Below are positions 1 through 14,210 of a stretch of DNA of 49,275 nucleotides, piece after piece (the first letter of the stretch is position 1; the number at the start of each line of letters is the position of its first letter). Source of the DNA: Catajapyx aquilonaris (lineage: Eukaryota). The stretch covers positions 1-49,275 of the forward strand of contig KZ538763.1 in the NCBI GenBank assembly GCA_000934665.2, in the 5' to 3' direction. A program made the position numbers and the translations under genes. The notes under the pieces are model-generated. The model searched no databases, had not been told where the DNA came from, and saw only the letters and a list, made by a program, of their open reading frames with translations.

Positions 1-64
1 ATGTCACTGGTATGCCATAATTATTGCAAATCAATGAGTCACTCCTATGGAAAAGTATTTCATA

Positions 65-92
65 ACCCGAGCAACGCCGGGTATCCTGCTAG
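65..92 (+). mobile_element. Helitron 3' terminus
   Basis: GC-rich hairpin ACCCG-agcaacgc-CGGGT (65-82) followed after 6 nt by CTAG (89-92) and a T, the canonical Helitron 3' end; the rest of the element probably lies left of the window. Confidence 0.65.
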
Positions 93-3000
93 TCTTTTCT
101 AATAAAGACGTCAATGAACCAATTAATAATTTCTGACAAGCCTCTCTAGCTTTAATCACTTAGGCCTAACTCCTTTCAGCAATGGACGTCAAACGCAATG
201 AAAACTTTTCCATTAAAAAAAAACTTTTGTATGAACCACTCGGGAGGATTTTCTGCCTTTTTTGTCGCTTGTAACAGTGTGTTCAGTGTTTGAGTTCTCA
301 ATTTTTCTCTCTGGCATTAACCGGATCAATTTAATATGTCACTTTAAAACAGCTATTTCTAGTGCCTTTCTAAAATATTATCTCCTAATATTGGGTTTTT
401 CAATATAATGTTATGCCGTTCGCCTCCGGATAAAGGCTGTAAAACTACTGTAGCGAAATCGGTTCGTTCGGCCAATTTTATTTTGTGCCAAACAAATACA
501 TAGAAATACACTGAAATATTTGCGTAACTGACGGGACACATTATTGCGCAGGAAGGAGTGACTCGACTACAAACATGTACAAAACATGTGCAAACTGCAA
601 CTTGCACATTCGCACCAGCATATATGAAAACACAAAAAAATGTCAAGCTTTTTAAAACTTTAAATAGCCCTCAAATATGAATTACTCAGACTGTGATATT
701 GTAACTTTTCACTCTTTTACGCTATGCCAGTAACTCTCATACAATATTGTCCCTTGTTTACGGATCCGTTTAGTCAACGTTGTCGTTACGCCATAAAAGG
801 CTAATTAACTAAGCAAACTAATATACTGCACGTTGCACATTCACGCCAACGAAGCACAAATGAAAAGAAGAAGAAAAAGTGTGAAAAATATTGATCCTAA
901 AATAATATTCTACACAATTTTTAAATTTTTAAAGCCATATTTATTACTCGAGTATGACATTGAACTTTTCACTATTTTTGCCTCATACCATTAAATTTAT
1001 TTCTGACACCTGCCAGGACCGTAGGCTACATAATGTTGGGGTTACGCAAAAAAATGTCAATTAACTTAACAACTATTTCGTCATCGTGGGATCAATTGCC
1101 CGATTAACAATTCTATTCGAAAGTGTTTCCATATGTACTCGTATTTTAATTACCTAATTTTTCCCTACGTCTCCGGTGGTTACTCTCTGCAAGTGAGCAA
1201 CCAGGTTTCGCAAATCATTAAGGAAAAATTACCCTAGATGCTGATTCCATCGGAATCAATCGGGTTGTAAGCAGGCAAGGTCATGGGGAGGAAACCAAAA
1301 CCACAGGGGCAGCACACACACACAAGAAAAAATTGTCATCGATCACTATGAATTATTGACAGCTAGTCCCTTACAGGCTTAGAGGACACCCCCTCGATTT
1401 TTAAGAGGGGGCCGTCGTTTTTTTACCTCCAAGGTCAGGTGGACCCCCCCTGTCCTTCAAGGTCAGCTCTTCAACGCGCTCCCAAGTTTTACGGCGTTGC
1501 ATAACCCTCATCGGTTTTGTGTCCCATTATTTTGGAAGGGCCATCACCTATAGGGCCACCAGCGTTTAAAAAGCAGGTGATTTGCGAATCCGTCGCCAGG
1601 TGGGATCCGCCGACAATGAGCCCACCGGACTTTAATCGATTACATGCTTAGATCGATATAAGGCCCCATTAATTTTCTTCTTCTTTTTTTTTTACATATC
1701 CGTATGTGTATATGTGAAGTTGGTAGGCCTCTATATTCCGGCGGTAGATGGCGACTTGTTACGGGGTGTCGCACAAAATGTGAGCGACTGACGAAACTAT
1801 TCCGCTCGGCAGCACGTGACATTTTGACATGCATGAAGCATGTCACGGTCGCTTACAATTGGGGGAGGTAGGGCTCAAATGTAATTAATGCGATTTAATG
1901 ACGTCGTCATTGATGATGATGACTGTCCCGATTTTGATCGCAAAAATTATTGCAGAATGATAACACCCAACAGCAAGTGGGGCCAAAGCAAGTGCTAGTT
2001 TCTTTCCAGCCAATTAAAAGAAGCAATGATAAAACTTGTTGAGTTTAGAAAGAAAAATTCATGGAAGCAAATGAAACTGCGAATTGTTGGCATGGTTTTT
2101 TGGGCTTAGAATTACAAAAAAAAGAAAAGTTTGCAAAGCAGCCGCGTCTCCAGTGTGGGCGGCCTGCAATGCCGCCAGCAACACACAAAAAAAGAGCTCA
2201 TTAATTAATACGGCGCATTGTTACAAATTGCATGAAGCAAAAGAGAATAATTGGCCAGTGGCGTCCTGCAATTAACCCAACCCTCCCTAATTCAAAACGC
2301 AGCATAAATACACTGGGAAGTAATGGTGGCGACTCATTACACGCTTTACATAATTGGAAAATCGGTTGTTGCGTCAGCTGGTAAGTCCACACGCCTTTAA
2401 GTTTTTTAAAAAGCTCTCACAATATTATCACTGGTTACTAGATCGAAAGAGTTGTTATAGGTCCGTCATCATCGACATATGAGAATTAAATTAAACGTGG
2501 CTAAGTGATTGCAATATTGTATGACGACCAAGAAAAAATATGGAACAATACGACCATATTTTTTTTTACAGAGCAGCATTAACATGAATTATCCAGTCCA
2601 TCCCTTGCAAGGTAAATAATGCAGTTATGCTGCACATGACGCTTGCAAGTTAAATATTCACCAACCTTACTTTGGAGTAAGGTCGCATGAAAACCATAGC
2701 AGTGTGTATCAGTAAGGATGGTCCTCACAGTTGAAAAATTGTTGCCCTGGCCTGCTGTTCAAGGCGACTGATGCTAAATTTGTAGATAATAACCATAGTA
2801 GTTATATTTCGCGACGGCAGCGCATTCTCATTACAAGTGCTCACTTTAATTTCACGGTATATTTTAATGGAGATTCTTCATGACGACTTTTTGATTTTAA
2901 ATTCTATTTAATTCCCCTGAGTTCTCTGTACATTCATATTTAAACTTTTTTTCAACTACCTTCTGGATATTGGATTTATAGTTACTTAGATTCTCTCCTG

Positions 3001-3415
3001 CATTTTCACTTGTTCTCAAAATATTCCTTTTTTAAACAGTATTACTATATTTTCAGGAGCGCTTGCTCTTCTGTATTTCTCTCCAGACTTCATTAGATTT
3101 TCCCTTGTTTTCTGCCTGATTCCACTTGATTTCCCCTGCGACCGGCTCATACCATATATTTCCGAAGTGCATCTATTCAGCATAATCGCATTTTTAGCTC
3201 GTGATGTAGAGCCAAGTGCACGGACGTTTTTCTATATGAAGAGAGTTTTATAATAGTATCGACAATCTCACTTATGCAGAGACGTGTATTTGTTGTTGGA
3301 AACCTCTTGTCATTAATCACAATGTTCTATTGTGTCGCAGATTCAGTTTATCATCCGGTGTATTAAAACAATAAGGTCCGTCGAGACAGCAGCCAAAATA
3401 TATGAGAATACTCAC

Positions 3416-3575
3416 ACTGTGAAGTGATAGATGAAGCACTTCCATCCCGTGGGCCTCTCAAGGAAGTTGTAGACTTTCCCCTGGAAGGTGGTCTTCCCCG
3501 CCTTGCGATGGTCCTTCATCAGGTAGCGGCTCTCCCAGACGCTTTTCTCCACCAGCAGCGGCCGAGGATCCACAC
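3416..3575 (-). CDS. KCNQ1: KCNQ1-type voltage-gated potassium channel, coding exon (N-terminal/pre-S1); gene continues beyond the left edge
   Basis: Polypyrimidine tract and CAG acceptor before 3575, GTGAGT donor after 3416. Translates (G)[53 protein letters not shown]. The motif [21 protein letters not shown] is the KCNQ1-subfamily signature (KCNQ2-5 have ERPRGW), and from memory the phase-2 intron within the final Val matches the end of vertebrate KCNQ1 exon 1. Not in the ORF track. Confidence 0.92.
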
Positions 3576-4863
3576 CTGGACCAGGGGAGGAAAAAAAGAA
3601 ACAAAAAGCTTGAAATTCCAGGGATCATGCGCTCCAGGAAAAAGGTACACGTGCCCAAAGAACAAGGCTCCCAGCTCTCTGCGCCAAATATTATTCATAA
3701 TTTACATATCGGGGGGGNNNNNNNNNNGAGGATGCAACTGAATTAGCTCAACTGCAATTCCATCCTCTGCTCTCCCACAGCAGCGCAGTGTTTTAAAGTT
3801 CATCTGCTGCGGAGCTTACTGAATAATGGATTGGGCGTATATAGCCTGCTGCACTTGCTTCCATTTCTATTGCCTGTCAGTCCGGGACGTCCGCACTGTC
3901 CGGGAGTGTCCGGGTTGGCATCAAAAGCTCATTAAGTTGGACAAGGACGGGCCTGTATATACACACTGCTGTGTACGCGTTCACATACACTAATCAATTT
4001 AAAACTGCTCTTCTGCGGGCTCATGTCCTTTGTCATGTGATGTACTCCAAGACGTCATCACACGTAACGACCAATGGGGAGGAAAGGTCTCATCAAAATG
4101 TTTACAATTTCTCTTTAAAATTATTTACAGTAGTTTTTCTGCCACTCGCTCAGAGTCCGATTTAAAAAATCATTACATATCACTAACACGCAATTATCCA
4201 CTGAATTATGCACGATTTTGTGTAAACAAATTAAAGGTGTCGTTACAGCTTCTTAACAATGCAGTAATTTTTAAAGCATAAAAACTGGGAAAATTTGTTG
4301 ATATTGTACTCATAGAAAATGGACATTACTTCTCTCAATTATAACATAATTCGTTCCAGGTTAATTATTCAGCATTGCAAATCGTGTTATTTGCGATTTA
4401 TTTTAATTTGATTTAACTTCAGTAATTTTCACTCTTTCTGCGCTGTTATTAAATTGGATGATTTTTTGAAGAAAAAAAGCAGAATTAGAACCAAGGTATA
4501 GTGTATGAAAACTAATTAGAAAAATGGCAAACAAACCGTAACTCAGAAATTCATTTTTTTTGCAAACCACTTAATTATGCAGTGCATCTTCCTTGATATC
4601 AGGTTGATCGAATGATTCCAATTATTTGGAGTGGTTTCATCTTCTCCGGTTTTCAGTCTTTCAGCACTAGACAGCACACCCAATTCCTTTCGAGGAGAAT
4701 CTTTGACTGAATCAATGAAAGGAAATCAATTTTCCCTAATACTATTTCGGCAGATGAGGATATAAATAGCTATATATTCAAAGCAACAAAAACGAACAAA
4801 AATATCACAGCAATTAACCGATGAGTCAAGTCATCATTATAATCATCATCACAACAATAACCA

Positions 4864-4865
<2 letters not shown>

Positions 4866-4913
<48 letters not shown>
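4866..4913. repeat. (TTA)n microsatellite
   Basis: Perfect trinucleotide run visible in the sequence. Confidence 0.95.
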
Positions 4914-4914
<1 letters not shown>

Positions 4915-7900
4915 AGCTTACAACACCATTTTCGTAAAACTGTACAAAGGCCTTTTGCTGAAGTGTACTTTGGCCACTCTCAATCTTCTCCGTCATTATT
5001 TTCCTTTGTCCTGAGGACGCAAAAAAAACCTTATATTGGAGAGAGAGAAAAAAAGTGTGAGTTATAGTAAGGCCCGATTCCAGTCCTCCAAAAACGGGGC
5101 CATAAATACAATTAGGACCCCGGAATAGTCTGGGCAAAAGGGCAATGATCTCCTGGGCGTCTAAAAATAGATGATTGATTTCCGAGCCTTCCCCAACTTC
5201 CAGCAGAGCATCTATTGACCCGCCGACGTCACCAATTTTGGGAGGAAGAGGGGGCGTGGAGAGAGGAGAGGAAGTGGAGAGAGACGTGGGGGGGGGTCTA
5301 ACCCTTTGGGGGGGAAGAAGGAGGGGGAAGTCTAACTTCCAAATTTATCCCGGTCCTCAAGCGAATTGTTCAAGGGAAGGTATCCATCCACACTGCTACT
5401 AATTTTGAGACAAGTTACTTTGTAATATTACGCTGCAAAAATGTTCAGCCATCATGAGACAAGTGCGAATCTTTCTCCTTAAAGGATTTTTCTCTCCGTC
5501 TGATGTTCGTCCGACCCGATAGTACCGTTACCTCTCGCACGACCTGAAGGTGGCAGGAGTGTACAGACGGAGCCTGCGCCATCTATGTTTCAAGAATAGT
5601 ACTACATGGTAAATCGGTGGGTCATCTCATTATTAAAGTTGTTTAATTGTCACTTTCATTGTGTACTGATTACAAATTTTGCTAAATTTTGGCAACTGCT
5701 TCACTAGTTGTATAATAGTGCAGAATATTAGCAAAGCTACAACGTTTGTATGTTTATTTTGTAAGCTGCTGTATTTTAATAATTTCTTTGCGTATTTACG
5801 TATCACATGTAACATTATGGTCTTTGTAAAGCCTAATTTTCAATTATGATATGACTTTATTACAGCAAGTAATTATGCGCAGTGCTGTGTTATTCTCCCT
5901 TCCTCTCTCCCACCGCCACCTCATCCATTTTGTCAAAAATATGTGGCATATGCAGTCACATTTCCTGATAGGTTTGGGGCATCATCAAATATTCAAAGCT
6001 GGCGTTCACAGTTCAACACACAGAGGACGCAATCGATCAATGGTGGGGGCCAGCCAATTATTGCGAAAATATCAATCCAAGCAGTGCAGTGGCGCGTAAC
6101 TGGGCCCACAATTTTTACGTAAGTGATTATTTTCTCAAACAATTCGCGCCTATAGAAGAACACATGAAAAGGACTGGAACTGCTTGTTATTACGTTTCAT
6201 AACATTAATGTTGGGTACAGCTGCACTGGACAAGCACCAGATTCAAGAAAATTTGTTCACTCCAGCAGCAAATTTTAAAATGAAGCAATTTATGTCAAGT
6301 AATTATTATTGTTCCGAGTGGGTTTGCACTATTTTTTATACGCAACTACTGGTAATTGATAGACAGTTGTAGAGTTAATAGTTCAGATTTTTTGAACCGA
6401 GGCTCGACCACCATCTCGTGGCGAGGAAAACAACAAAGGGGGGTGTGTTTTTGCCTAATTTAATAATCCCGTGTCAGGAAAAGTGATCGTGACCATTGCA
6501 ATTACCGGAACCCGCGATCATCGCGTGTCCCGTAATGGTCCGTAATAGACCCCGGGTCGCTCCTTTTCATCACACTATTATCCCAACGCTCATTTGCAAA
6601 TTTGGCCATTGCAACCTTACATGCTCCGGATTATCAATTACGCAAGAAAAAATTGCGTAACGTCACTATATTTATCTGGGTGTCACACTCGTCCGGTTTC
6701 TGCGACTGCCAGCATGAAATGGTAACCTTTGACCTGAACTTACTGTCAGATTTGGCAGCATGTTTCATCGCAACAAAGCTGCTTATTTTTAAGTCGTTAC
6801 TTTGGTAAGAAATATTAGTTGCGTGTCACCCACATGTGACCTCACCTTGGTCATGTCTCCTGAAGGTCAAGTGCACCATGTGCCACTTCCTATAGTTTTT
6901 AGGCGGCAAAGCGATGTCGCGTGGCAGACAAATTTCTGCCGGTTGTAGTAGTAGTAGTAAAGTAGTAAAGTCAGTGGTAGTAAGTCGGAGTCGTCCTGGA
7001 TTCTATCGCGCAGCCTTAGTCTCTCACTTGTACACTTTATAGTACCCACCCCTCACCCCTTAACCATCGATTTTCACTGGCCAGGAAAACGAGGACAGAA
7101 CTCTCTAGCGACCCTTGGCGACCCTGACTTGGCGGGAAAATATTCCGGTTTTCAAATCTCCAGGTGAGGAATAATTCCACAATTTTTTTAAAAAAAATAA
7201 TAATCCTGGTGCACTGCACGCGGATTTAACAGATTCATTCCGCTACTGTGGATTCCCCCCAGTGAATTCTGACAGGTGGTGCACTGAATGTCCGCCGGTA
7301 AATTCAGTGTGGAGAATTACACACATTGAATTGTGAGATAGACTCATACTAGTCATACCGAATTCCGTCCGGATTTCCTGGATTCCGCCTGAATTCTTCA
7401 GACATTAAAAAAAAACTAATCCAATATTGCGCAAACACCTTGTGCGTTCAATATATGAAATGGTTGCAGTCTTATTTTCCGCAATTATTTTGAGTATCGG
7501 TTCAGGTGTGGATAATGTCTGGCCACAAAATGACGTCACGCCTTTTGTCTTGGGCAGTCAAACACCGGAGTGAAATTAGTCTGGCGAAACTTTTACGGGC
7601 AGTTATTCCTCAGGGTATATATGACGAAAGAAATGATTTTCCTCTCCGGATCAAAGGGTTTTCACACGTTCTCTGAACAATAAACACACACACACACAAA
7701 AAAATTTTTTTGCGACGATAGTGTCCTTCATAATGTTTGGGTTATGGCATGCTACCATGATTTGAACAGTTTGTTCCCAAGATTCTGGTAAGCACTCAGG
7801 GTCCACGGGCCAAAAATCAACTCAGCTATACGTATAAAATATTTAATATTTTAAAGCTACTGTTATATAATTATGTCAAAAAAGTTTCTCTCAAATAATT

Positions 7901-7947
7901 ATGTCTCTCCATGTCCATAACCACCATCACTCTACCAATGTGAAGGT

Positions 7948-7949
<2 letters not shown>

Positions 7950-8016
<67 letters not shown>
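7950..8016. repeat. (TTA)n microsatellite
   Basis: Perfect trinucleotide run visible in the sequence. Confidence 0.95.
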
Positions 8017-8017
<1 letters not shown>

Positions 8018-8775
8018 ATAGAAGAAGGACAATAAAATGGTAATGTGGGCAAAATGAAAAGCCTTTTCAGCCTGTGATTCCCTTCGAGCAATCACAACTG
8101 ATTAAGGTCATTAGTGCAAAACTGAATGCGATTAAAGTGACAACAATTCGCGGACACCTTTAGAGCATAACCCTATTCCGGGCTTAATTCCCGCCGAGAC
8201 TTGTCTCAGCCAATTTGCAATCCTCTTCTGCTGCTGCTTTTTTTTATTAAAGAGTGCCAACAGTTTTGGCTTGCTAATTTTTTTTTTTGCTGTAAGTGAG
8301 CCAGAAGCTTTCCCCTCCTGGCAACACTTACTGCGACCCTTAATCTGAATTAAAGCCTCGGAGGCACCTTAATGAGATTGTTTTGCATCGGGACCAATCA
8401 TCTGAAAGACTCCAAGCAATCTCGTTACCTCCAACAAAGTGACACGTTCACGCCCCCCACCCACTACTTGTAATTGAAAAACAACAATAACACAGGGTTC
8501 GATTTTCGCGTCACTCTCTTTAGGTTATAAGCAGAGAGAGAAAAAAACAGGACTAGTTGCCAATATAAATATTGCTCCATCTTATCATAATAAGGGGGAA
8601 AAAATTAGACGAATTGTTGATATGAAAATCTGCCACGTTTTCACGCAGAAGATGGCAGCACCCTGCACACATGTGAAGGTGCTGCCACCTGTAAAAACAA
8701 TTCTCCTTAATTTTTTCTTATTATGATAAGAGGGAGCAATATTTATACGGTATTGGCAACTTGTATTGACAATTT

Positions 8776-8959
8776 GTATCTTGGGTTCAAGGCAGGTGAC
8801 GTCACGGCCATTTTTACGATAAAACTTCCCGGTAGATGGCAGCACCTGCATATGTGCAGGGTGCTGCCATCTACCGGAAGTTTTATCGTAAAAATGGCGT
8901 CGCATCGCTTCTGGTTGCCGTGACGTGGCGTGACGTCACCTGCCTTGAACCCAGGATAC
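8776..8959. mobile_element. Foldback/palindromic MITE
   Basis: Almost entirely self-complementary: gtatcttgggttcaaggcaggtgacgtcacg...cgtgacgtcacctgccttgaacccaggatac, with an approximately 30-nt insertion in the right arm and TA at both ends. A copy of the central hairpin lies at 8650-8690. Confidence 0.75.
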
Positions 8960-11701
8960 CAAAATTTGAGTCGCATCCGGTACCATCCTTCTCCTACCCG
9001 TCATCCATTTGGGACACGAAACTGTGCTGCTCACGCGAGTGATTCCCATCGGGACGGAAACATATTTTTTTGTCCGTCACGATCGCTTCCAGTCACGCAT
9101 TTCGATGACGTCATCGCGTCGTCACGGCATCTCACAAGGAAAAAAAAAATACCTGAAGGGCGTTTCCGTATATTCCGAAAAAATCGATCAGACCACCTTG
9201 TCTTTTTTTGGTTTAATTCCATTGAAAGAGTTAATTTTGTGGAGCAGCACAAGAGATGCCGCTTTTGGTTGTTTTCCAGGTAAAACTGGGTAGGATAAGA
9301 TAACCATATGGCTGCAACTATGACGCACGTTGGGCGTAAAAAGTGCAAAGGGGGTAAGGGGATTTCAGATTACGCATTTTTTATATACAAGTGCTGCACA
9401 AGTGATTGACTGATCCTGATCGATTAGGGGAGAGAAAAAAAATTGGGGCCATTCAATTAAGCTGACAAAAAATGAGGAATTGGCCTGAAATATAGACGGA
9501 AAGATAATCAATAAGAAAATGGGGTTACATTTAATGAAGGTGAATCTTGGGAACATGTCAGGGAATTCCGAGTAAACTGATTGCAAAAGTATGTCTGCAG
9601 AAATCCATAAAAGTGGACGGTATATGTACAGAACATTCAAGTTATTAATAAGTGAAATATTTCAGCAAAGAGAGGCGTTACCAATAACTTAACTACTCTG
9701 CAGAATATTTACTTTCGTATGCCAACAATAGTTGCCAACAATAGACAGTGATACGACTCTCTCGACACACGGAAGCTGCATAAAGTAAATTTGCAATAAA
9801 TTTTTCATCCGCAAATTTCGGGGGTTCTTGACTGATATTTTCTTCATGGGACCAACACGCGGATGAGAAATTAACCGTGATCACGAAACCCTGCTGTTCG
9901 TGAAAAATAACAAGCAACATCGTGAATAAACAGTCAGCTGATTTGTCGGCCATCTTGGCATTGGCGTTAACCTGTGCATGCAACACTCGAAATACACGCG
10001 AATCGTAAAAAAAAGAAAAGAGAGTACGTTTGGCGAAGGCCATTCAGCCCCCCTCCAATTTGCACAATTGATACGACCACCTCGGGGGGGGGGGGGGGNG
10101 GGGGGGGGGCGTCGTCATGCGGCGTTTATTGTCACGGAAAATAAGACTGCGCCTATACAAATCACGAATCACCAAGCAAAGAAACAACACTGATAACATC
10201 AGGAAAAAAATCACAGCTGCAAATTGCATTGTTTTTATGTTGTTACAGGCAGTCCTATTTGTCACCAAAATTTTTTATGGTGACTCGCCACCATATTGCA
10301 TTGGATGATCGTAAATGGTGATAAAAATTGGCTGACATAAAATGTTTGTGTGAAGTCGCCAAAATTATATTTTGAGTCACTCCTACTAATGTACTATTAA
10401 AAGTTAGTTTGTTGTAGTCAGTTAATTATTAACGGCCAGTTAAAATGCTGGACAAACCGGTTAGATATTTGTCCCAAATCTTGTGAATCACAAATCACCA
10501 GCAGAGTTTACTAATAATTAGTGTTTACATGTAATTGTTGTTACCTTTGACACTAACTTACACCCGACTCCAGCCAATCGCCACATTGTTGGCTCGACGT
10601 CACCGACAGCCATTTTTGGATCACTAAATCACCCCCCCCCCCCCAAAAAAAAATAGCATATGGGACTCACCCCAGTCTCTGAGGAAGGGCATCGTGTTCG
10701 AGGAACCAGGCGGTACTGGGACCCGAAACGATATCGAAAGGTAAACCGCCCCACGTGTCCGCGTTATTGTTGGCTATAATATTTTTATGAGGGACGTAAT
10801 CAAGTGGGAGGGGTTAGAAAAAAAGGGGTGACTATATAGGGTAGAGGGAGGGGGAGAGTCACTATTTTAACAAAACCTCTGTATTGATACAGGCTCAATT
10901 TTTTAGTGACACTAGTAGTAGTAAGTAGGTCAGGTTCATTCTAGTTAATGTCACGACTAGTGATCGATATGTCTATGTTTTTACGGTACGTGCACGTGCG
11001 GTTTTTTTTCCTGCATTGTTCCTGCGGAAGCTGAGGACTATTCAATCAATAGGCGCAGGATCTCCCGTGCGTCACACTTCTTATATCATTAATGAAACAC
11101 ATTTTTTTATAATAGTTGTAATTCACAGGGTAAGCAATATTATTGGCTGATTTCACACGTTTTGTTTGTTAAAGAAAATATCTTCCGGTGCAACATACCT
11201 GGGCAGCACTTGTGTAGGAGGAAAAACGGTCCCATAGTGTTGACCCCGGGTCAACATCTCAGTCCAGGATGTGACCTGACTCACTTAACACCCGCGCTAA
11301 ACTGCAACCGCACCTCCGAACTCCCGCCCAATCCGATTTGCTGGGGGGGGGAAGGGGGCCATAAGAGGGGGGGGGGAAAGGTGGGGGGAAGTATAAAGGT
11401 CACGTGCTTCCTACTACACCGTCGCATAGCTTATTATTCCAGGGGAGGGGGTTTCATATACCAAAATTGGGTCCGCAAAAATTCGAGAGTCAATATTGGA
11501 TTGTTGTGGCTGGATTCCAACTTCGGGCCAACAATAATAGATCGTCATGAACAGGAGATGGAATTTATTGAAGGGTTTTATCCGCATTATGCGCACCCGG
11601 TGGTTAACGAGGCGTCACTTTTTTTTTGTTTGAAGAGCACCGACTGAACTCTGTTTCTTGCATCGGATTTATTCAATCACTTATGATTCATCGAGTCTTA
11701 A

Positions 11702-11815
11702 CCTCCTGAGACCCCTAGTACACCTTTCAATCACCTTTTTTTAACGCGTTTGAGTTAGTCAGAAGGTGCTGGAAAAAACAAAGGTACAGTATACTGTACC
11801 AGGGGTCTCAGGAGG
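11702..11815. mobile_element. piggyBac-like MITE
   Basis: TIRs CCTCCTGAGACCCCTaGTACA / TGTACcAGGGGTCTCAGGAGG; left flank TTAA, right flank ATAA (mutated TTAA target duplication). Confidence 0.75.
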
Positions 11816-12195
11816 ATAAGTTAATTCACTGGGTAATTTTCGTTGATTTGAAATGTTCTCTACATGTTCGTTCGGATTTTCTCAGGGTTCGTTCTCATCA
11901 GTATATTACAAATCCGAGTTTCTTTTTCGAAAAATCCCCAGTTTTCATTGTTGACAACAATGGTTATTGCTAATGACAATAAATATTCTTGTTATAACCG
12001 AAGTTATGCTGAGCTCGGTGAAACTGGCTCTAAATTATGTATTTACTTACCCCGTTCTCATATTTTTACGCTCAAAAATACATCACATATAAATGCTTCC
12101 CTATAAGAATCGACGAAAATGGCAGAAACCCCTCAAATAAAATGTGGGCAACAGATTTCTAAAACTTTTCTAGATACTGATGCCACATGTTTTTA

Positions 12196-12675
12196 GATAA
12201 AGACTCCGGATGTAACAGACTTCAAGGCACCAAAACGTATGCTATATAACCGAAGGTGTGTCATAGCGGCCACATACTTGGCAATTCCGCTTTTCATATG
12301 CTTATAATGCACACTGCTTTATTTATTCATTGAAACTGTGGACAAAAATGGAAAATTAGGCAGGTCCATAAAAACCGTAATAATTTCTTCTTCCGTCTCC
12401 TTGCTGCCAAATATACCAGAAAAAGTATGATTTTGAGTAACGTATAGATCAGTGACAGATGATAAAATCATTCCCTCCAGTATTCTCTGCCTTATTCCTG
12501 CGCGTGGGAAAGGCAGTTGAATAATTAAAATCATGGTAAATTTTCCCGCCGAGGGGGCCAAAAAAATGGTATGATATAGCCGAGGTGAAGTGGAAATGAG
12601 TATTACGTCACGATGAAAAATTATGGAAATATGGCGGGACCAGACTTTCGAGTCTGTTATATCCGGAGTCAACTG
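12196..12675. mobile_element. pogo/Tigger-like non-autonomous element
   Basis: Right end AGTCTGTTATATCCGGAGTCAACTG|TA; inverted, partly decayed left copy GACTCCGGATGTAACAGACT at 12202-12221. Confidence 0.55.
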
Positions 12676-13766
12676 TACTAATTAACATGCAGTGAAATAA
12701 TTTCACTAATATTGCACACATCATATTATGCACGTAGACAATCAGCGAACACCTGAACTGCGCAACACCTATTTATCCACGCCGGTAATCCGGGTATGTC
12801 ACGTGCTACTATACATTATTGCGGTGTACTGTACATAATTACTGTCCCAAAAATTTGATACGCCATTTTGCGTGTCCCCGAGACTCAAAACTGCAGCAGT
12901 GTTTTCATATTTAACCGGACCGCACAAATTGAGAGTAAATACTTCATGATGTAATCGATTCATTCTCCCTGAACGCGTTTAAAACCCAGCTTTTGGAGGG
13001 TGGGTGGGGGGGGGGGGAAGCCGTATTTGACGCGTGTCAATATCGCATAATCGAAGGGCAAATCGGAGATAAAACTATCGCGTCACCAAGGGCTATCGGT
13101 GGGTTAGAAAAGTGGTTGGTCGGTTGTTCTTGGCCTGTGTGTAGGGGACACAATAGGCTTATTATTGACTCTCAGCAAAACCGGCACATGCCAGACATAA
13201 TTTTCCAAGTATCGGAAACCCATACCAGCGATTGAACCGATAATTCCGGCTCGTATTTCACCGATTGTGTCCTATTAAAAGTGCTCGGGCAATTTGTCCA
13301 AACACGTTGAGCTTAAACTGTAAACACATTGCACTGTATTTTTTTTAAATGGTTTGCTGTGGTGTATACAGCCTGATCACGTACATTAGTAAAATAAATG
13401 ATTTTTAAATATTTTTTAATAGCGTCCTGCGAGAGAGGCGGGGTCATACATCGTGCCATCTAATGGTCATTACTTTGGCGTATATTGCTGTGTATGGAAG
13501 TGGAGTAGTTAATGAGAGCTGCTCCCACACAGCTTGCATAATTATTCTGCGCTAATCAACAGAGGCAGACTCGCCACGGATATTTCATGGGAAGTGGTCT
13601 CGGGGAAACGTCTGGGGGCCAAATAAAACCCCCTATACACGTGAGTTTAGTGGCCATTAATAATTGCCAGCACTCTAGTGGTCCATGCGTGGGAGGATTT
13701 AATTTAACCTGTACATTCAACGAAAATTTTTCTTGAATATGACAACAACAATGTATGGCTCCCCAC

Positions 13767-14045
13767 CTGTTCCGCTGCAGGTGTCCCCAGTATTGTTGGA
13801 GAGGACAAAGTCGACCAGACTGGCGCTCCTTTGCTTCTGGGGGTCATCAGGTCGTAGTGCAGACGAGGACTGGTCACCGTGACCTCTAGGTGAGTGGTTG
13901 GAGGGTGGCGGCGGGTGGGTCAGCACCATGTCATCTGCTCCAGAAGCTGTATCTGGTCCCAGCGAGCAAAGGCTTCCGGCGTCTAAGACGTTGATGGACA
14001 CCCGGGAGGACGGAGGAAGAGGAGGTACGACCCAACTCCTCTCAC
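13767..14045 (-). CDS. KCNQ1: Probable upstream N-terminal exon of the KCNQ1-like gene
   Basis: GC-rich 279-nt open frame between a tttatcAG acceptor and an ACAG|GTGGGG donor. Phase 1-1, so it joins in frame to the 3575 exon. Ser/Pro-rich disordered peptide with an in-frame ATG at 13929 (MVLTHPPPP...). No recognisable homology. Confidence 0.6.
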
Positions 14046-14210
14046 CTGATAAACAAAGTGCCAACAACTGGTCAACAAAAATAAGTCATCGGTTGACGAA
14101 AGTAAACACTAGTTAACAATACCCAGCACTCGTAGTTTTGTTTACAATAAGCCTTCCCATGTCGCGGCCGTCGTTCAAGATTCAAAAAATGGAAAAAAAA
14201 ATGCGCGTCG

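Noticed and set aside
4826..8095. Poly-Asn and poly-Ile ORFs
   Set aside because: Translations of (TTA)n microsatellites.
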